64,000 nucleotides of DNA from Pelagomonas calceolata (Eukaryota), in contig CAKKNE010000004.1 of NCBI GenBank assembly GCA_918797485.1, forward strand, positions 310,001 to 374,000. The letters run 5' to 3'. A program made the translations under genes and the position numbers. Below are positions 52,329-62,758 of the stretch, one piece after another. The notes beneath the pieces were generated by a model, which worked only from the letters and a program-made list of their open reading frames with translations, had not been told where the DNA came from and did no database searches. Positions within the stretch are counted from its first letter, which is position 1; each line of letters begins with the position of its first letter.

Positions 52329-53387
52329 ATGCGAGCACTACTGCTGCTTCTCGCCGCGGGCAGCGCCGCAGGCTGGCAGCGCAGCAACAACGCCGCCGGC
52401 ATGCCGCAGCAGCAACACGCAAGGTCATCAAGACGCCTCGCGCCGCGACGTGCCCTGAAGGACACCTTCGAGGCGCGCATGATGTCGCTGCCCGGCAAGG
52501 ACGAGCTACGACGAGCGCTGTCGGCGGACGGCTTCGTGAGCGCGAAGGCCGTCGACGTCACGAGAGCGGTGCGCGAGATCTGTCAGCTGCAGGACTGCCT
52601 GCCGTTGGCAGCTACTGCCTTGGGGCGGGCCGTCGCGTCGACGACGCTGGTGGCTGACGGCTTGGAGGCCGAGGAGACGTTTCAAGTGCGTTTTGCCGGC
52701 GACGGACCCTTGCGGGGCGTGTTCAGCGTCTCGAACGGCGCCTTGGAGTCGAGGGCGTACGTGGGCAATCCTAGAGTTGATCTCTCCCCACAAGGCGTCG
52801 CTGCGGGCGTGGGTCGAGGCGAATTGCAGGTCGTCCGACTAAAAAACTTGCCCGGCGAGACGCAAGCGACGACCTACTCGTCTGTCGTAGAAATAAAAAC
52901 GGGCGAAATCGCCGAGGACATCAACCACTACGTGGCGACGTCCGAACAGCGGGAAGGTGCCCTCTCGGCCGGTGTGTCTCTCGACGAGAACGGTGCCGTC
53001 GACGCGTGTGCGGGCTGGCGCGTGGAGCTGCTGCCGGGCGCGCCGCAGGACGTCGCCGACCATTTGATCGAGAACATCAAGAAGGCTGCCACGACGTCGT
53101 CTACGTCGCTGTTGAAGGAGGGCAACACGTGCGAGGCGATCTTGAGGGTTTTGTTAGATGGCATGGACGCTGATTATGCGTTCGACGTGCGGAGACCGCA
53201 GTTCAAGTGCACGTGCGACATTTCTCGCGTGTATCGCACATTAGCCTTGTTGCCGCGGCACGAGGTCGACGAGATTCTAGACTCGAACGAGAAAATAGAA
53301 GCGAAGTGCGAGTTCTGCGCTAGGACCTACTCGCTCGGGCCGGAGGAGATCCGGGCGAAGCTCGACGCGGGCGTGGCGACGGACTAA
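52329..53387 (+). CDS. hslO: Hsp33 redox-regulated chaperone, organelle-targeted
   Basis: ALGRA, GDGPLRG, GEIAEDINHYVATSEQ, CTC and CEFC zinc ligands. Confidence 0.9.
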   Translation: MRALLLLLAAGSAAGWQRSNNAAGMPQQQHARSSRRLAPRRALKDTFEARMMSLPGKDELRRALSADGFVSAKAVDVTRAVREICQLQDCLPLAATALGRAVASTTLVADGLEAEETFQVRFAGDGPLRGVFSVSNGALESRAYVGNPRVDLSPQGVAAGVGRGELQVVRLKNLPGETQATTYSSVVEIKTGEIAEDINHYVATSEQREGALSAGVSLDENGAVDACAGWRVELLPGAPQDVADHLIENIKKAATTSSTSLLKEGNTCEAILRVLLDGMDADYAFDVRRPQFKCTCDISRVYRTLALLPRHEVDEILDSNEKIEAKCEFCARTYSLGPEEIRAKLDAGVATD

Positions 53388-53551
53388 GTATGTGATTAAA
53401 TACCCCGGGCCGGCCGCGTAGCCCACGCCATCGTCTCGAACTCGAAAGCACCGTGACGTGCACCGGTCGAGGGAAATACCGGTCGCGCAAGATGTCGCGC
53501 AGAACCCGCGGCCTACTAGCTCTAGCAAAGAAAAGCACAACACACACTAAG

Positions 53552-54484
53552 TTACTCCTTCAGCAGGAACGCCAAAGCAGCGTCGGCGTCCTCGGCGCTC
53601 GCCTCGCTCCGCCCGTACGCCCGCGCGAGCGCCGCGCCCAGCGCCGAACTGCGGGAAGAGAGGTCGTCCCGCGCGACGACGCGCAGCGTCCCGAGCTCGG
53701 CAGCCCCGCGCCTCCCAAGCGGCGCGGCCACGACGCCGCGCCAGGCCGACGTCGCCGGGTCCGCCAGCAAAAACCCGCCGCCCGACACATATCCTGCCAC
53801 CCTAAGTAATCTAACGAGCTGCCGCGACTCCTGCGGCGAGACTCCATTTAAAGTCCTGGAGAAGTACGTATCGTCCAACGCCAAAGGTGCTGCTCTTTGT
53901 TCCAGTACTTCAGCACCCGCGCGTCGCCACGTCCGGATCGCACCTTCGACGCGCCGCTGCGTCGGCGCGTCGCGCGGCATGGACAAGACAGCGACGCGTT
54001 TCGCCGCCGGTCTTCGAGTGGCGGGCACATCCCCTAAAAGCTGGACGTGCACGCCCTTGAGCGGTAGCGACGGAGGCAGCGCCCGCGGGAGACTCGTGGC
54101 GACGAACGACGCGCCTTCACCGATACCGATGGCGTACAACGGCACCTTCCAGCCTTCTCTCGTAGAAAGCGCCACGAGGGCGTGGGCAGCGCGCGGGCCG
54201 TCGTCTTGACTCCATGTTGTTGAGTGTGCGGTGAGCGAGGCCGCAGCTAGTCCATGCTTAAGGCAGGCCCGGGCTAGACTCGCTTCGGCGGGCAGCGCTT
54301 TACAAGATGGACATTTTGTGGATGCGGGCCACCAGTGGTGCGCGCGGCGGCCCGTCGCGTGAAACAATGCGACTAAACCCTTTGGGGTGGTGGCTGGCGC
54401 AGCCCAGACGAGTTCCACGCCCTCCAATACTTCATACCGCTGGGCGGCGGCCGTCGCCGCGAGGAGCGTGGCCAGCCCGCGCAT
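53552..54484 (-). CDS. Secreted alpha/beta-hydrolase-like hypothetical protein
   Basis: Signal peptide; PKGLVALFH, CPSCKALP, PLYAIG. Confidence 0.6.
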   Translation of the reverse strand: MRGLATLLAATAAAQRYEVLEGVELVWAAPATTPKGLVALFHATGRRAHHWWPASTKCPSCKALPAEASLARACLKHGLAAASLTAHSTTWSQDDGPRAAHALVALSTREGWKVPLYAIGIGEGASFVATSLPRALPPSLPLKGVHVQLLGDVPATRRPAAKRVAVLSMPRDAPTQRRVEGAIRTWRRAGAEVLEQRAAPLALDDTYFSRTLNGVSPQESRQLVRLLRVAGYVSGGGFLLADPATSAWRGVVAAPLGRRGAAELGTLRVVARDDLSSRSSALGAALARAYGRSEASAEDADAALAFLLKE

Positions 54485-54825
54485 GGTGCGTGGCTGCCCG
54501 GCGGCCGTCGCGCCAATTATTGTGGGGCTGCTCTCCGCTTGTTGTCATCACATGGCGGCACCTGTCTCGACGCCTCGCCGAGGGCTCCCCGCGCGCGGCG
54601 AGGACTCGGTCCGAGCACAACGAAAGCGCGGCGCCGTCGGTGCGGGTTGTCCTACTAGCAGATACTAGGAATAACGCTGCTCTCCTCGCGAGACGCGAAA
54701 GCCTGCGACGCGCATCAAAGGAGCCAGCAGGAGGCACCCGTGTCGCTTTAGACGTAGCGCCGCGACCGCGAGCACAGCCGGGGCGAGCCAGGGGCTGCCC
54801 GAGCCCCGGAGCACACAGCGCCACC

Positions 54826-56535
54826 ATGGCCTCAGCGCAAATCGACTGGGCCGAGGATTTGGTGACGGAGGTCGTGGGCGAGCGCCTGAAGGCCGCCACA
54901 AGGAAACGGGGCGCCGAGCCTTTGAGTCATGCCATCGAAGCAAAAAAACTAAGAGAATCGTGGGAGGCGCTGCGCGTCTGGCTGCGGGCCAAGCTCCTGG
55001 CCAAGAGAGGCGCGTCCATCCCGGGCTTCGGGCGGTTCACGTGGCAAGTTCTGGGGGATTATAAACCGTCGGACTTGCAAGATCGACCCGATGAGTTGAT
55101 CCCGCTGCGACCGGTCTTCCAATTTTCTGAAGACTTCTGCAAGGCCCACCTACTGCCCTGGCGGCCCATCGCCGAGGATAAATTGGTCGAATGTGCGGAT
55201 TTGAACTACTCCATACTCGCGCTGAGACACACGTCGCGACTCACAAAAGATATGGTCTGGAGCGCGTTGCGGGATTTACAAAGGAAGATCGGCGACCGCA
55301 TCGCGTCCGGTTATTCCTTAACTCTAGATTTTGGCGTCGGCCAACTGGTGAGTGATCGGGGGAAGCCGCGCTTCCTTTTTGACGCTAGTAAGCTGAGACG
55401 CGAGGAAGAACAAGTTGTGCCACAATCAGCACCCGTTTCCGAAGAGGAGGAGGAACCCCAACCGGTCGTCGAAGCGACTCAAACACCTGTCGTTGATGAG
55501 ACGGAGCCGACCGCTTCCGAATTAGCGACGACCAATGCATTGTTAGCGAGGGATGGTACCGAAGCGTTCCTGGCCATGATGCCGCCCAAAGTTTTAACGA
55601 AGGACCCCAGAGTTAAGGTTGACCGGGATAGAACTCCTGCGAGGCCGGAAGCCTCCAAACTGTCTCAGGCTGCTACTAGATTGCTACGATGCGATAGCAG
55701 TGTAGAGCAAGATCAATATGCAAGACATCTAGCGACCATCGAAAAGGACGCCGACAAATTACAAAAGGAACAAGTGAAATTCCAGAAATTGTTGGCCGAG
55801 GGCTTCAAGGCCGACGCGGTGAAAAAAGTGCACTGGAGAGAAGCCAATTTAACGATGCAACGACACCTGAAGGAGCAGATCGCGGCCCAGAAAGCTGCCT
55901 TAGAGGCCGAGGCTCAACAAGAAGCCATTGATTGTGAGGTCATCGATCAGCTGGTCGAGAGGACGAAGCGCGGCGAGAACGTCGATCGGAGTGCGGCCGA
56001 GGCCTTGGGCATGGAGTTCCGACCTGCTTTGACCTGTCCTCTCAAGCAGCACTCCATCACGGGCTTCCCGACGCGAGGCCGGGAGACGACGTGCACCCAG
56101 AAGGAATTGCTCACGTATCAACTCGACCACGTGAATTTGCGGGCTGATTTGGCCAAGGAAGAGAGGGAGAAGTCTCTGGAAGAGGAAAGAAGGTTCCTGG
56201 ACCACGTTGCGAGGGAGCAGCAGTTGGCTGCGATAGAACGGCAGCAACGGAAGGCGGCGACGACCGAGGAATTGTTACGTTCCTGGGAAACGGCTGAACA
56301 CGTGAACAACATAACGCGCCTGAAGGAGATGGGGTCCGATGCGATGCTGTCGTACGCTCGCGACGCCATTCCCTCCGACGATGTGTTGCGGCGGGCGCCG
56401 GCCTTGCCCCCAACTAGGCAGCTCGCCGCCACCATAAACGCGGCGCGGACGGCGGGCCTCGAGGACATGAAGCTTGGGTTTTCGCCGACCTCTAGAGGCG
56501 ACCCGCGGGGGGCGACGCCGGCGGTGGACGTCTAA
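54826..56535 (+). CDS. CCDC81: CCDC81-like protein (HU-like domains and coiled coil)
   Basis: GASIPGFGRFT, PVFQFSEDF, LDFGVGQL...PRFLF, followed by coiled coil. Confidence 0.7.
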   Translation: MASAQIDWAEDLVTEVVGERLKAATRKRGAEPLSHAIEAKKLRESWEALRVWLRAKLLAKRGASIPGFGRFTWQVLGDYKPSDLQDRPDELIPLRPVFQFSEDFCKAHLLPWRPIAEDKLVECADLNYSILALRHTSRLTKDMVWSALRDLQRKIGDRIASGYSLTLDFGVGQLVSDRGKPRFLFDASKLRREEEQVVPQSAPVSEEEEEPQPVVEATQTPVVDETEPTASELATTNALLARDGTEAFLAMMPPKVLTKDPRVKVDRDRTPARPEASKLSQAATRLLRCDSSVEQDQYARHLATIEKDADKLQKEQVKFQKLLAEGFKADAVKKVHWREANLTMQRHLKEQIAAQKAALEAEAQQEAIDCEVIDQLVERTKRGENVDRSAAEALGMEFRPALTCPLKQHSITGFPTRGRETTCTQKELLTYQLDHVNLRADLAKEEREKSLEEERRFLDHVAREQQLAAIERQQRKAATTEELLRSWETAEHVNNITRLKEMGSDAMLSYARDAIPSDDVLRRAPALPPTRQLAATINAARTAGLEDMKLGFSPTSRGDPRGATPAVDV

Positions 56536-56574
56536 GTATCGTCGATGGCGCATTTTTGTTACCGTGACGGCCCG

Positions 56575-56610
56575 GGTGCTAGGACTAGTGGGCGGAGCTC
56601 CTGGGGGGGA
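56575..56610 (+). repeat. 3'-associated repeat family, copy 4
   Basis: GGTGCTAGGACTAGTGGGCGGAGCTCCTGGGGGGGA, 40 nt after the CCDC81 stop. Confidence 0.8.
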
Positions 56611-56705
56611 TGGCGTGTAAGACTAGACCCCTCTTCCGTCGATGATTCCGAGCACCACCGTACGCCATCACCGCGACGCGACCAAGACAAAAAGTAGATA
56701 AAACA

Positions 56706-58109
56706 CTATGTTAGTCCGTCCTTGCGGTAGCTCCAGGACTCGTCCTCGGCGACGCCCGCGAGCCGCGCTTTGCTAGATACGGGAGCAGCTGCTTTCCGCC
56801 GCTCGCGCACGACGCGGCCGTCCCGAATCGCGAAGTTGACGGGTAGCGCCTCGGCCACGCCCTTCCGCTCCGACAGGTACGAATCGAGCAGCCGCTGCTC
56901 GGCGCTTCGTTTCGACTCGTCGGCGAGGCCCTCGTCGAGCGCGAAGCGGAATCGCGACGACCCCGTCCGCCGCTGCGCGTCCGGTTCGATCTCGATAAAT
57001 AACGCGTCGGGGTGCCTCGCTCGTATCGCTCGCTCGATGTCGCGGACTTCTCTCTCAATAACCCTTACGACGTCTTCCGCAAAGTACGACAGCAAAGTGG
57101 GTACCTCGGTTTGCTGGATCGCCTCGGCCTCGCGCCGTTTCTTGGACGGCAATTTAAAGCGCGGCGCGTACTTGTCGTACAATTGCGCCGCGACCCAGGT
57201 CCCATCAAAGTCGACCTCGCACTTGTACGCGAAGGCGTCGGGCGCCAGCCGCTGCGACCGCACCGCGTGGACATCATCCACACTCGGTCTTCTTCGCAAC
57301 AATTGTTCGACGTCATCTAACACATTCTGCTCGACGGCGGCGCCGATCAAATATCTCCCATTCAGCATGGCCAGGACGCCGCCGACGCCGCCCAGCAACC
57401 CGCCAACCGCGATGCCCGCCACGCAGTCGTACACCGGCGTCGCGTACAATAACGACGCGCCCATGCCGCCGGCGACGACGACGACGCCCGCGCACGCCGC
57501 CGCGTCCTCACATAAAACAGCGAGCAGCGTCGGGTCCCGGACGCGCTTCAAATGCGCCAAAAAGGACACGTTGCCGGGCTTGTCTTCCAGCACGTGCTGG
57601 ACGGACTTGCGCAGGACCGTCCCATCAATAGCTAAGGACACCGCGAGCACGCCCCACGCCTCCGGCCGCGTCAACGCCTCCAAGTCCATGGACGGGCCCA
57701 TCAACTCCGTCACCGACGCGTGGAGCGCCACGCCGGCCCCCAACCAGAACGTGCCGAGCGCCGAGACCAGCGACCACAGGTAGACGCTCTTCCCGTAGCC
57801 ATAGGGGTGCGACGCCGACGGCGCCAAGGCCGCCGCGTGGAGCCCGATCAACAACAACGCCTGGTTGCCCGCGTCGGCGCAGCTGTGAACGGTCTCGGCC
57901 AGCATAGCGGCCGATCCCGTCGTCAACGCGACGGCGCCCTTCGCGCCGGCAATGGCCAGATTGCCCGCCAGGGCGTAGCGCACCAAGTCTTCGGACCGCT
58001 TCGAGGGCGTCGTGTTCTTGACGCCGTCGTCGTCGCTGCGGCTCGCGACGAAGCGGAGCCGGCAGGGCTGCTGGAGGCGGCCCAGCGCGCGTGCGGTGCG
58101 GAGGTACAT
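56706..58109 (-). CDS. SLC30A9: Cation diffusion facilitator, ZnT9/SLC30A9 (MTP7)-like, mitochondrial
   Basis: AMLAETVHSCADAGNQ, HPYGYG, VLCEDAAA, KCEVDFDG. Confidence 0.85.
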   Translation of the reverse strand: MYLRTARALGRLQQPCRLRFVASRSDDDGVKNTTPSKRSEDLVRYALAGNLAIAGAKGAVALTTGSAAMLAETVHSCADAGNQALLLIGLHAAALAPSASHPYGYGKSVYLWSLVSALGTFWLGAGVALHASVTELMGPSMDLEALTRPEAWGVLAVSLAIDGTVLRKSVQHVLEDKPGNVSFLAHLKRVRDPTLLAVLCEDAAACAGVVVVAGGMGASLLYATPVYDCVAGIAVGGLLGGVGGVLAMLNGRYLIGAAVEQNVLDDVEQLLRRRPSVDDVHAVRSQRLAPDAFAYKCEVDFDGTWVAAQLYDKYAPRFKLPSKKRREAEAIQQTEVPTLLSYFAEDVVRVIEREVRDIERAIRARHPDALFIEIEPDAQRRTGSSRFRFALDEGLADESKRSAEQRLLDSYLSERKGVAEALPVNFAIRDGRVVRERRKAAAPVSSKARLAGVAEDESWSYRKDGLT

Positions 58110-58439
58110 GACGAATCGGTTACTGCGTCATCGTTGGGTTTTTAGTGAGAGAGATGCGCTACTGTGAGCTTCCAAAAAGCACCCAGGTCCCCACCTTTTT
58201 TTTTGTTGGGCAAAAAAAAGTGAGCTAGCTAAGATGTACTAGGCATGGGCTCCTTTTGCAATTTACGAGACCTTTTACGCCGCGAGTGTTTCGCTGACGC
58301 CGTACGCGTGGTCGTCAGCCCTCTCTGATCACCTCTTTTCGCGCCGGTCTCGTTCTTGCGCGCCCGGAAGCCCCTGCTGCGCCAGCACAGCTCCGCAGCT
58401 CTTTCGGAGCCGCTTATTCGTGAGGCCGTGCGAGCGCAA

Positions 58440-59378
58440 ATGGCCGAAATCTCGGAGGACCCGACGAGCACCGTCGCCTCGCTCGCGCGCGCCGCGGCCG
58501 ACGCCGCCGCCGAGGCCGCGGCCGCGCGCGACCCGGCGGACGCGATCCCGCTCCACGAGCGCGCGGCGCGAGCGTACGTGCGCGCCGCGAAGCGTGTTGA
58601 GGGCCCGCCGCGGACGGCGCTGCTGGCGATTGGCGAGGGCCACGCGGCGCGGGCCGCCGAGCTGCGGCGGCCGGCGGCGCCGGAACCCGTCGACGCGCCG
58701 CGGGAGCGCGCGACGTCCAAGGCCGAGCCGCCGCCGGGCACGTTGTGTGTGGGCGACCTGCTGGCTCTAGAAAGGCGCTTGCACGCGCTGGGCGCGCGCG
58801 AGACGACGGTGCCGGGGGTGGCGGAGGCGCCGCGGGCCGTCGACGCGTCGCCGGCGGTGGCCGCGGCGGCGGACCGGCGCGTCGCCGAGCTGCTCGGCGA
58901 GGCCTGGGCGGCGGCGAGCGACGGCGAGGACGACGAGGCTCCGCCGCCGGCCGCCGACGACGGCCGGCTCGCGCGGACCGTGGCGCGCCTCGCCGCGGCG
59001 AACGCGGAGCTCGTCGAGGAGCGCGACGCCCTCCGGCGGGACGCGCGCCGCGTGGCGGAGACCAAAAGGGCGACGGAGGCGCTGGCGAAGAAGTACGACG
59101 CGAAGTTCGAGAAACTCCGCGAGTCGCTGGACGCGTTCCGGCGCGCCTACCCGGCGCCGTCGAACCCGGCGAACGTGCTCGAGCCGGGCGCGCCGGCGCC
59201 CTCGCTCGACGACCTGGAGCGCGACGCGCGGGAGCTGCGGGCGCAGCTGGCCGCCGAGCGGGACCTAGGGCGGAAGCGGGACGCCATCATCGCGCGCTAC
59301 GAGCACTGGTACTCCGCGCTCAAGGCGTCGGCGGCGGCGCGGCGGCGGCCGTCGCACGAGGGGAGCTTCGAGGCGTGA
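58440..59378 (+). CDS. Hypothetical coiled-coil protein
   Basis: Ala/Arg/Glu-rich helical ORF, strong GC3 bias. Confidence 0.6.
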   Translation: MAEISEDPTSTVASLARAAADAAAEAAAARDPADAIPLHERAARAYVRAAKRVEGPPRTALLAIGEGHAARAAELRRPAAPEPVDAPRERATSKAEPPPGTLCVGDLLALERRLHALGARETTVPGVAEAPRAVDASPAVAAAADRRVAELLGEAWAAASDGEDDEAPPPAADDGRLARTVARLAAANAELVEERDALRRDARRVAETKRATEALAKKYDAKFEKLRESLDAFRRAYPAPSNPANVLEPGAPAPSLDDLERDARELRAQLAAERDLGRKRDAIIARYEHWYSALKASAAARRRPSHEGSFEA

Positions 59379-59441
59379 TTGTTTTTATAGTAGTGTAATA
59401 AGGTGTTTGGGATTTAATTCAGACGGGTTCAAACTAATTGC

Positions 59442-59465
59442 TACGGTGCTAGGACTAGTGGGCGG
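59442..59465 (+). repeat. 3'-associated repeat family, copy 5
   Basis: TACGGTGCTAGGACTAGTGGGCGG, 64 nt after the 59378 stop. Confidence 0.75.
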
Positions 59466-59817
59466 GTTCAAAACTGGAGCGAGCTAGACTCAGGCTCAGG
59501 CTAGTTACGTCGCAGGGTCCCCGTACCCCTCCCGCTCCCCAGACTCAGCCTAGATGCGAGTCGCAATTGCCGACGTCGTCCTCCTGCTGTCTGCCCCCGC
59601 CGGGCCCCGGACACTCTTCCCTAGGTTGTTCTACTTTACACGGGGGGAGAGAAAGGACGTCTTCCGCGCGCGCCGCGGCCTACTTGCCGTCGCGGCGCGC
59701 CGAATCGCCGCTCAGGACGAACAGCTCGTCGTCATCATCTTCCGTGACGGCCGCGGGCGTCGTGACCGCCGCGGCCTTCGTCAGGAGCGCGAGGCCGTCC
59801 ATCGTACAGGTGGGCCG

Positions 59818-60080
59818 GGTTTAGGGAGCGAGAGGCGAGCTCCGGGGGGTTTTGCCGTGTTTTGGGAGCGAGAGGCCTGCGGTGGACGCCATCGCGCAGG
59901 CGCGTCGCGTCGATGGCGTGATCCGGCGCGCAGGCGCGTCGCGTCGATGGCGTGATCCAGCGCGACGGCGACGCGAAAACTGGTGATCTCCGCGCGGCGA
60001 CGGACGAGCTCCGGGGTTGCCGTGTTTAGGGAGCGAGAGGCGAGCTCGTGGCGTTTTCTGAGTTGGTCCTCGGTTTAGGG
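59818..60080. repeat. Intergenic composite repeat patch
   Basis: GTTTAGGGAGCGAGAGGCGAGCTC twice plus a variant; GCGCAGGCGCGTCGCGTCGATGGCGTGATCC twice in tandem. Confidence 0.7.
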
Positions 60081-60751
60081 CCTGCGCGGGGCGGGAAGGG
60101 TGAGATGTGCACTCGGCTTGCGGTTCTGGCGTTCCGCGGGTTCCGGCCGTCGCGGCGCGCGGCGTTAATTTTTTTGGTCCAGCCCGTCTGGCCGCCCCCG
60201 TGAATGTCGATCCGCGCTTTGGGCCAACTCAAGCGCGTCCGCGCCTCCGCCGGAGCGACCGGCAAAAAGGCCGATTTTTTAGCATTGGACGCGAAGGCTC
60301 CGGCCGCGCGTTTCACGGGCAGTTCACAGCGCGAGACAGGACTCATCGGTGAGGCAGGGAGGGGATTTCGAGGCAAAGGCACGGCACAAACCTGGTTATC
60401 CCGAGCTCAAGACCACCTGGCAAAACAGGTTTGTCTGCGGTCCTCGCGCCATTCAGCCTTCAGGCGCTGTTTGGGCGGCCGAAGTGCAAAAGAGAGACCA
60501 GAAGACGTATCGGATTTGCGCGAAACCCGTGCGCTCCGGATGCTCGAGCGCTCGCGAGCTCGACTGATTGCCACAGGCACTCGTGCACTGCTACACGGCG
60601 GCTCAAGCGCTCCTGCATCGCTGCGCGAATCGCGCTACGCATCGCTTCTAGCCGTGCTGCAGCGTGCGACACGCAAGCCGCCATCGCAGTCTCTAAGCCA
60701 TATTTTGCAATCGCTGCAGCGGTGCGACACGCCATCGGGCAGAGCACCACC

Positions 60752-62123
60752 ATGGCAGCAATGACCACCTCGAGATTTGACACTTTACAAGCGCCGCCCA
60801 AGGACCCCATCCTCGGCGTCAAGGAAGAATTCCTCGCCGACGCCGCGACGGACAAGATCAATTTGTCCGTCGGCGCCTATCGCACCGACGAGGGCCAGCC
60901 CTGGGTCCTCCCCCCAGTGGCCGAAGCGAGGAAAAGACTCATCGAAGGCAAGCTGGAACACGAGTACCTGCCGTCGACGGGCTTGAAAAGCTACTGCGAC
61001 CGCGTCGACCTGTTATTGAGGGGTAAGACCTCGGAAACCTCTGCCACGGTGCAAGGTTTAAGTGGCACGGGCGGCCTGCGCCTCTGCTTCGAATTTTTGA
61101 GGAGGCACCACTCTCCTACAGTCTACGTGCCGGCGGTGACGTGGAGCAACCACTGGAACGTTTTGAGAGATGCAGGTTGTGATGCCCGGCCCTACACTTA
61201 CTTAGATGGTATAAAATTAGACTGGCCAAAACTAGTGGCGGATCTCGAGCAAGCGGAGGAGGGCGCCATCATCTTATTACATCTGTGCGCGCACAATCCG
61301 AGCGGAGTCGATCCTTCTTCTGAACAATGGCGGGAGCTCTGCGCGTTGTGCCAGAGGAAGCGTTTCCTGCCGGTCTTCGATTCCGCGTACCTCGGCTTCG
61401 CGTCGGGCGACGTCGACAAGGACGCCGCTCCATTTAGACTATTCTGCGAAAACGGATTGCAGCCGTGGGCCTGCATTTCGTTCAGCAAGAACTTTGGCTT
61501 GTATTCGGAACGAGCTGGAGCCGTCGTGGCGTCCTGCGCGTCGGCACGGGAGGCTTCAGCTGTCAGAGGCCACCTGGGCAAATTGGCGCGTGCATTATAT
61601 TCAAATCCGCCGGCGTTTGGCGCGCGCGTCGTCGACGCCGTGCTCGCCGATGCCGCGTTGGAGGCCCGGTGGCGCGAGTGTTTGGTGGTCATGTCGGGGC
61701 GCATCGCGGACATGCGGGCGAAGCTGCGGAGCGCGCTCGAGGCGAGGACGGCGCGGGACTGGTTTGTGCACTGCGTGGGAATCAAAGTTCGAGCGTCTGC
61801 TCGAGCCATCGACGCGACGGTGTCTGCTCGATGGCGTAGAGGTGCCACGCCATCGACGCGACGGCGTCTGCGCGACGGCGTGGAGGTGCCACGCCATCGA
61901 CGCGACGGTGTCTGCTCGATGGCGTGATGGTCGGTGTCCGCGCAGGTCCCACATCACGTCGCAGGTCGGCATGTTCTCCTACACGGGACTAAACAAGCAG
62001 CAGGTGCTCCGGCTGCGCGCCGAGCACCACGTCTACATGCTCGAGTCGGGCCGCCTCTCCATGGCCGGCGTCACTTCCAGTAATGTGGAGCCGCTCGCCG
62101 CGGCGATCGCGGCCGTGCTCTAA
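60752..62123 (+). CDS. Aspartate aminotransferase; exons 60752-61761, 61946-62123
   Basis: DPILG, NLSVGAYRT, SGTGGL, CAHNPSGVDP, FDSAYLGFASG, SFSKNFGLYSERAG, DW|SHITSQVGMFSYTGL. Confidence 0.93.
61762..61945 (+). mobile_element. Introner-derived intron with three 44-nt hairpin repeats
   Basis: 5' TIR CTGCGTGGGAATCAA; GCCATCGACGCGACGGTGTCTGCTCGATGGCGT three times; splicing restores the DWSHI motif. Confidence 0.85.
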
Positions 62124-62161
62124 CAACTAGTGTGATATAGTTATACGCCAACCAACTACAC

Positions 62162-62758
62162 CTACATGTGCATGTCCATGAGCGGCTTGTCGAAGAGCAG
62201 CGTCTGGATCACCATGCCGACGAAGGCCATCATCGCCAAGCGCCCGTTCGTCAGCTCCCCGAGCATCAAGCGGTCCATCTCCGCCTTGGACTTGCCCTCC
62301 TGGAAGCACAGGGGGTCAAATCCTAAATCCCACGGCGTCTCGCCGTACGTCTTGTCCGCCGTCGCGAGCTCGATCGCGCCCGCCAACATTAAGATTTGGA
62401 GGTTCGCGGCCCACGGCACCGTCCAGGGCGCCGTGAGCGGCTTGAAGTTCTGGTAGTCGGCGCCCGGAATGTGCCAGTACTCCTGGATGATGAAGCCCAC
62501 GCAGGCGAGCATCGCGATGCGGCCGTGCTTCACTTCCGCGCCGCGCGCGTACGTGAGGTCGACCTGGACCTCGGCTAACCGGAGGGGATCAAACCCGACG
62601 TCGCCGACCATGGTCCCATCCAGCTTCTCGGGCCGTTTGAGGAAGGGGAAGGCCTCCGAGTTCTCGGCCCTCACAACAACAGGGGTCGACACGGGCGCCG
62701 GCGCCAGGAAGGCGCCGGCCGTCGCGGCGAGCGTCGCCGCGGCGAGGAGGCGGGCCAT
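62162..62758 (-). CDS. Light-harvesting fucoxanthin-chlorophyll a/c binding protein (Lhcr-like)
   Basis: GDVGFDPL, AEVKHGRIAMLA, DLGFDPL, ELTNGRLAMMA; AGA-FLAP presequence. Confidence 0.93.
   Translation of the reverse strand: MARLLAAATLAATAGAFLAPAPVSTPVVVRAENSEAFPFLKRPEKLDGTMVGDVGFDPLRLAEVQVDLTYARGAEVKHGRIAMLACVGFIIQEYWHIPGADYQNFKPLTAPWTVPWAANLQILMLAGAIELATADKTYGETPWDLGFDPLCFQEGKSKAEMDRLMLGELTNGRLAMMAFVGMVIQTLLFDKPLMDMHM

Noticed and set aside
53453..53495. SECIS-like hairpin after Hsp33 (GTGAC...AGAT)
   Set aside because: The quartet register is off by one base, and Hsp33 has no in-frame TGA and ends in TAA.
54307..54825. Long N-terminal extensions in the ORF track (also 6488, 31002, 42459, 49546, 60431, 63088)
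   Set aside because: Low-complexity upstream read-through, often from non-ATG starts; downstream ATGs fit the domain or presequence starts better.
56770..57783. 337-aa plus-strand ORF and similar overlapping ORFs
   Set aside because: Antisense to the well-supported ZnT9-like gene; expected in high-GC DNA.
59819..60080. Telomere
   Set aside because: Only isolated TTTAGGG units, no tandem array, and genes continue on both sides.
61805..61927. CRISPR-like palindromic repeats
   Set aside because: No unique spacers and no cas genes; they lie inside a spliceosomal intron of a eukaryotic gene.
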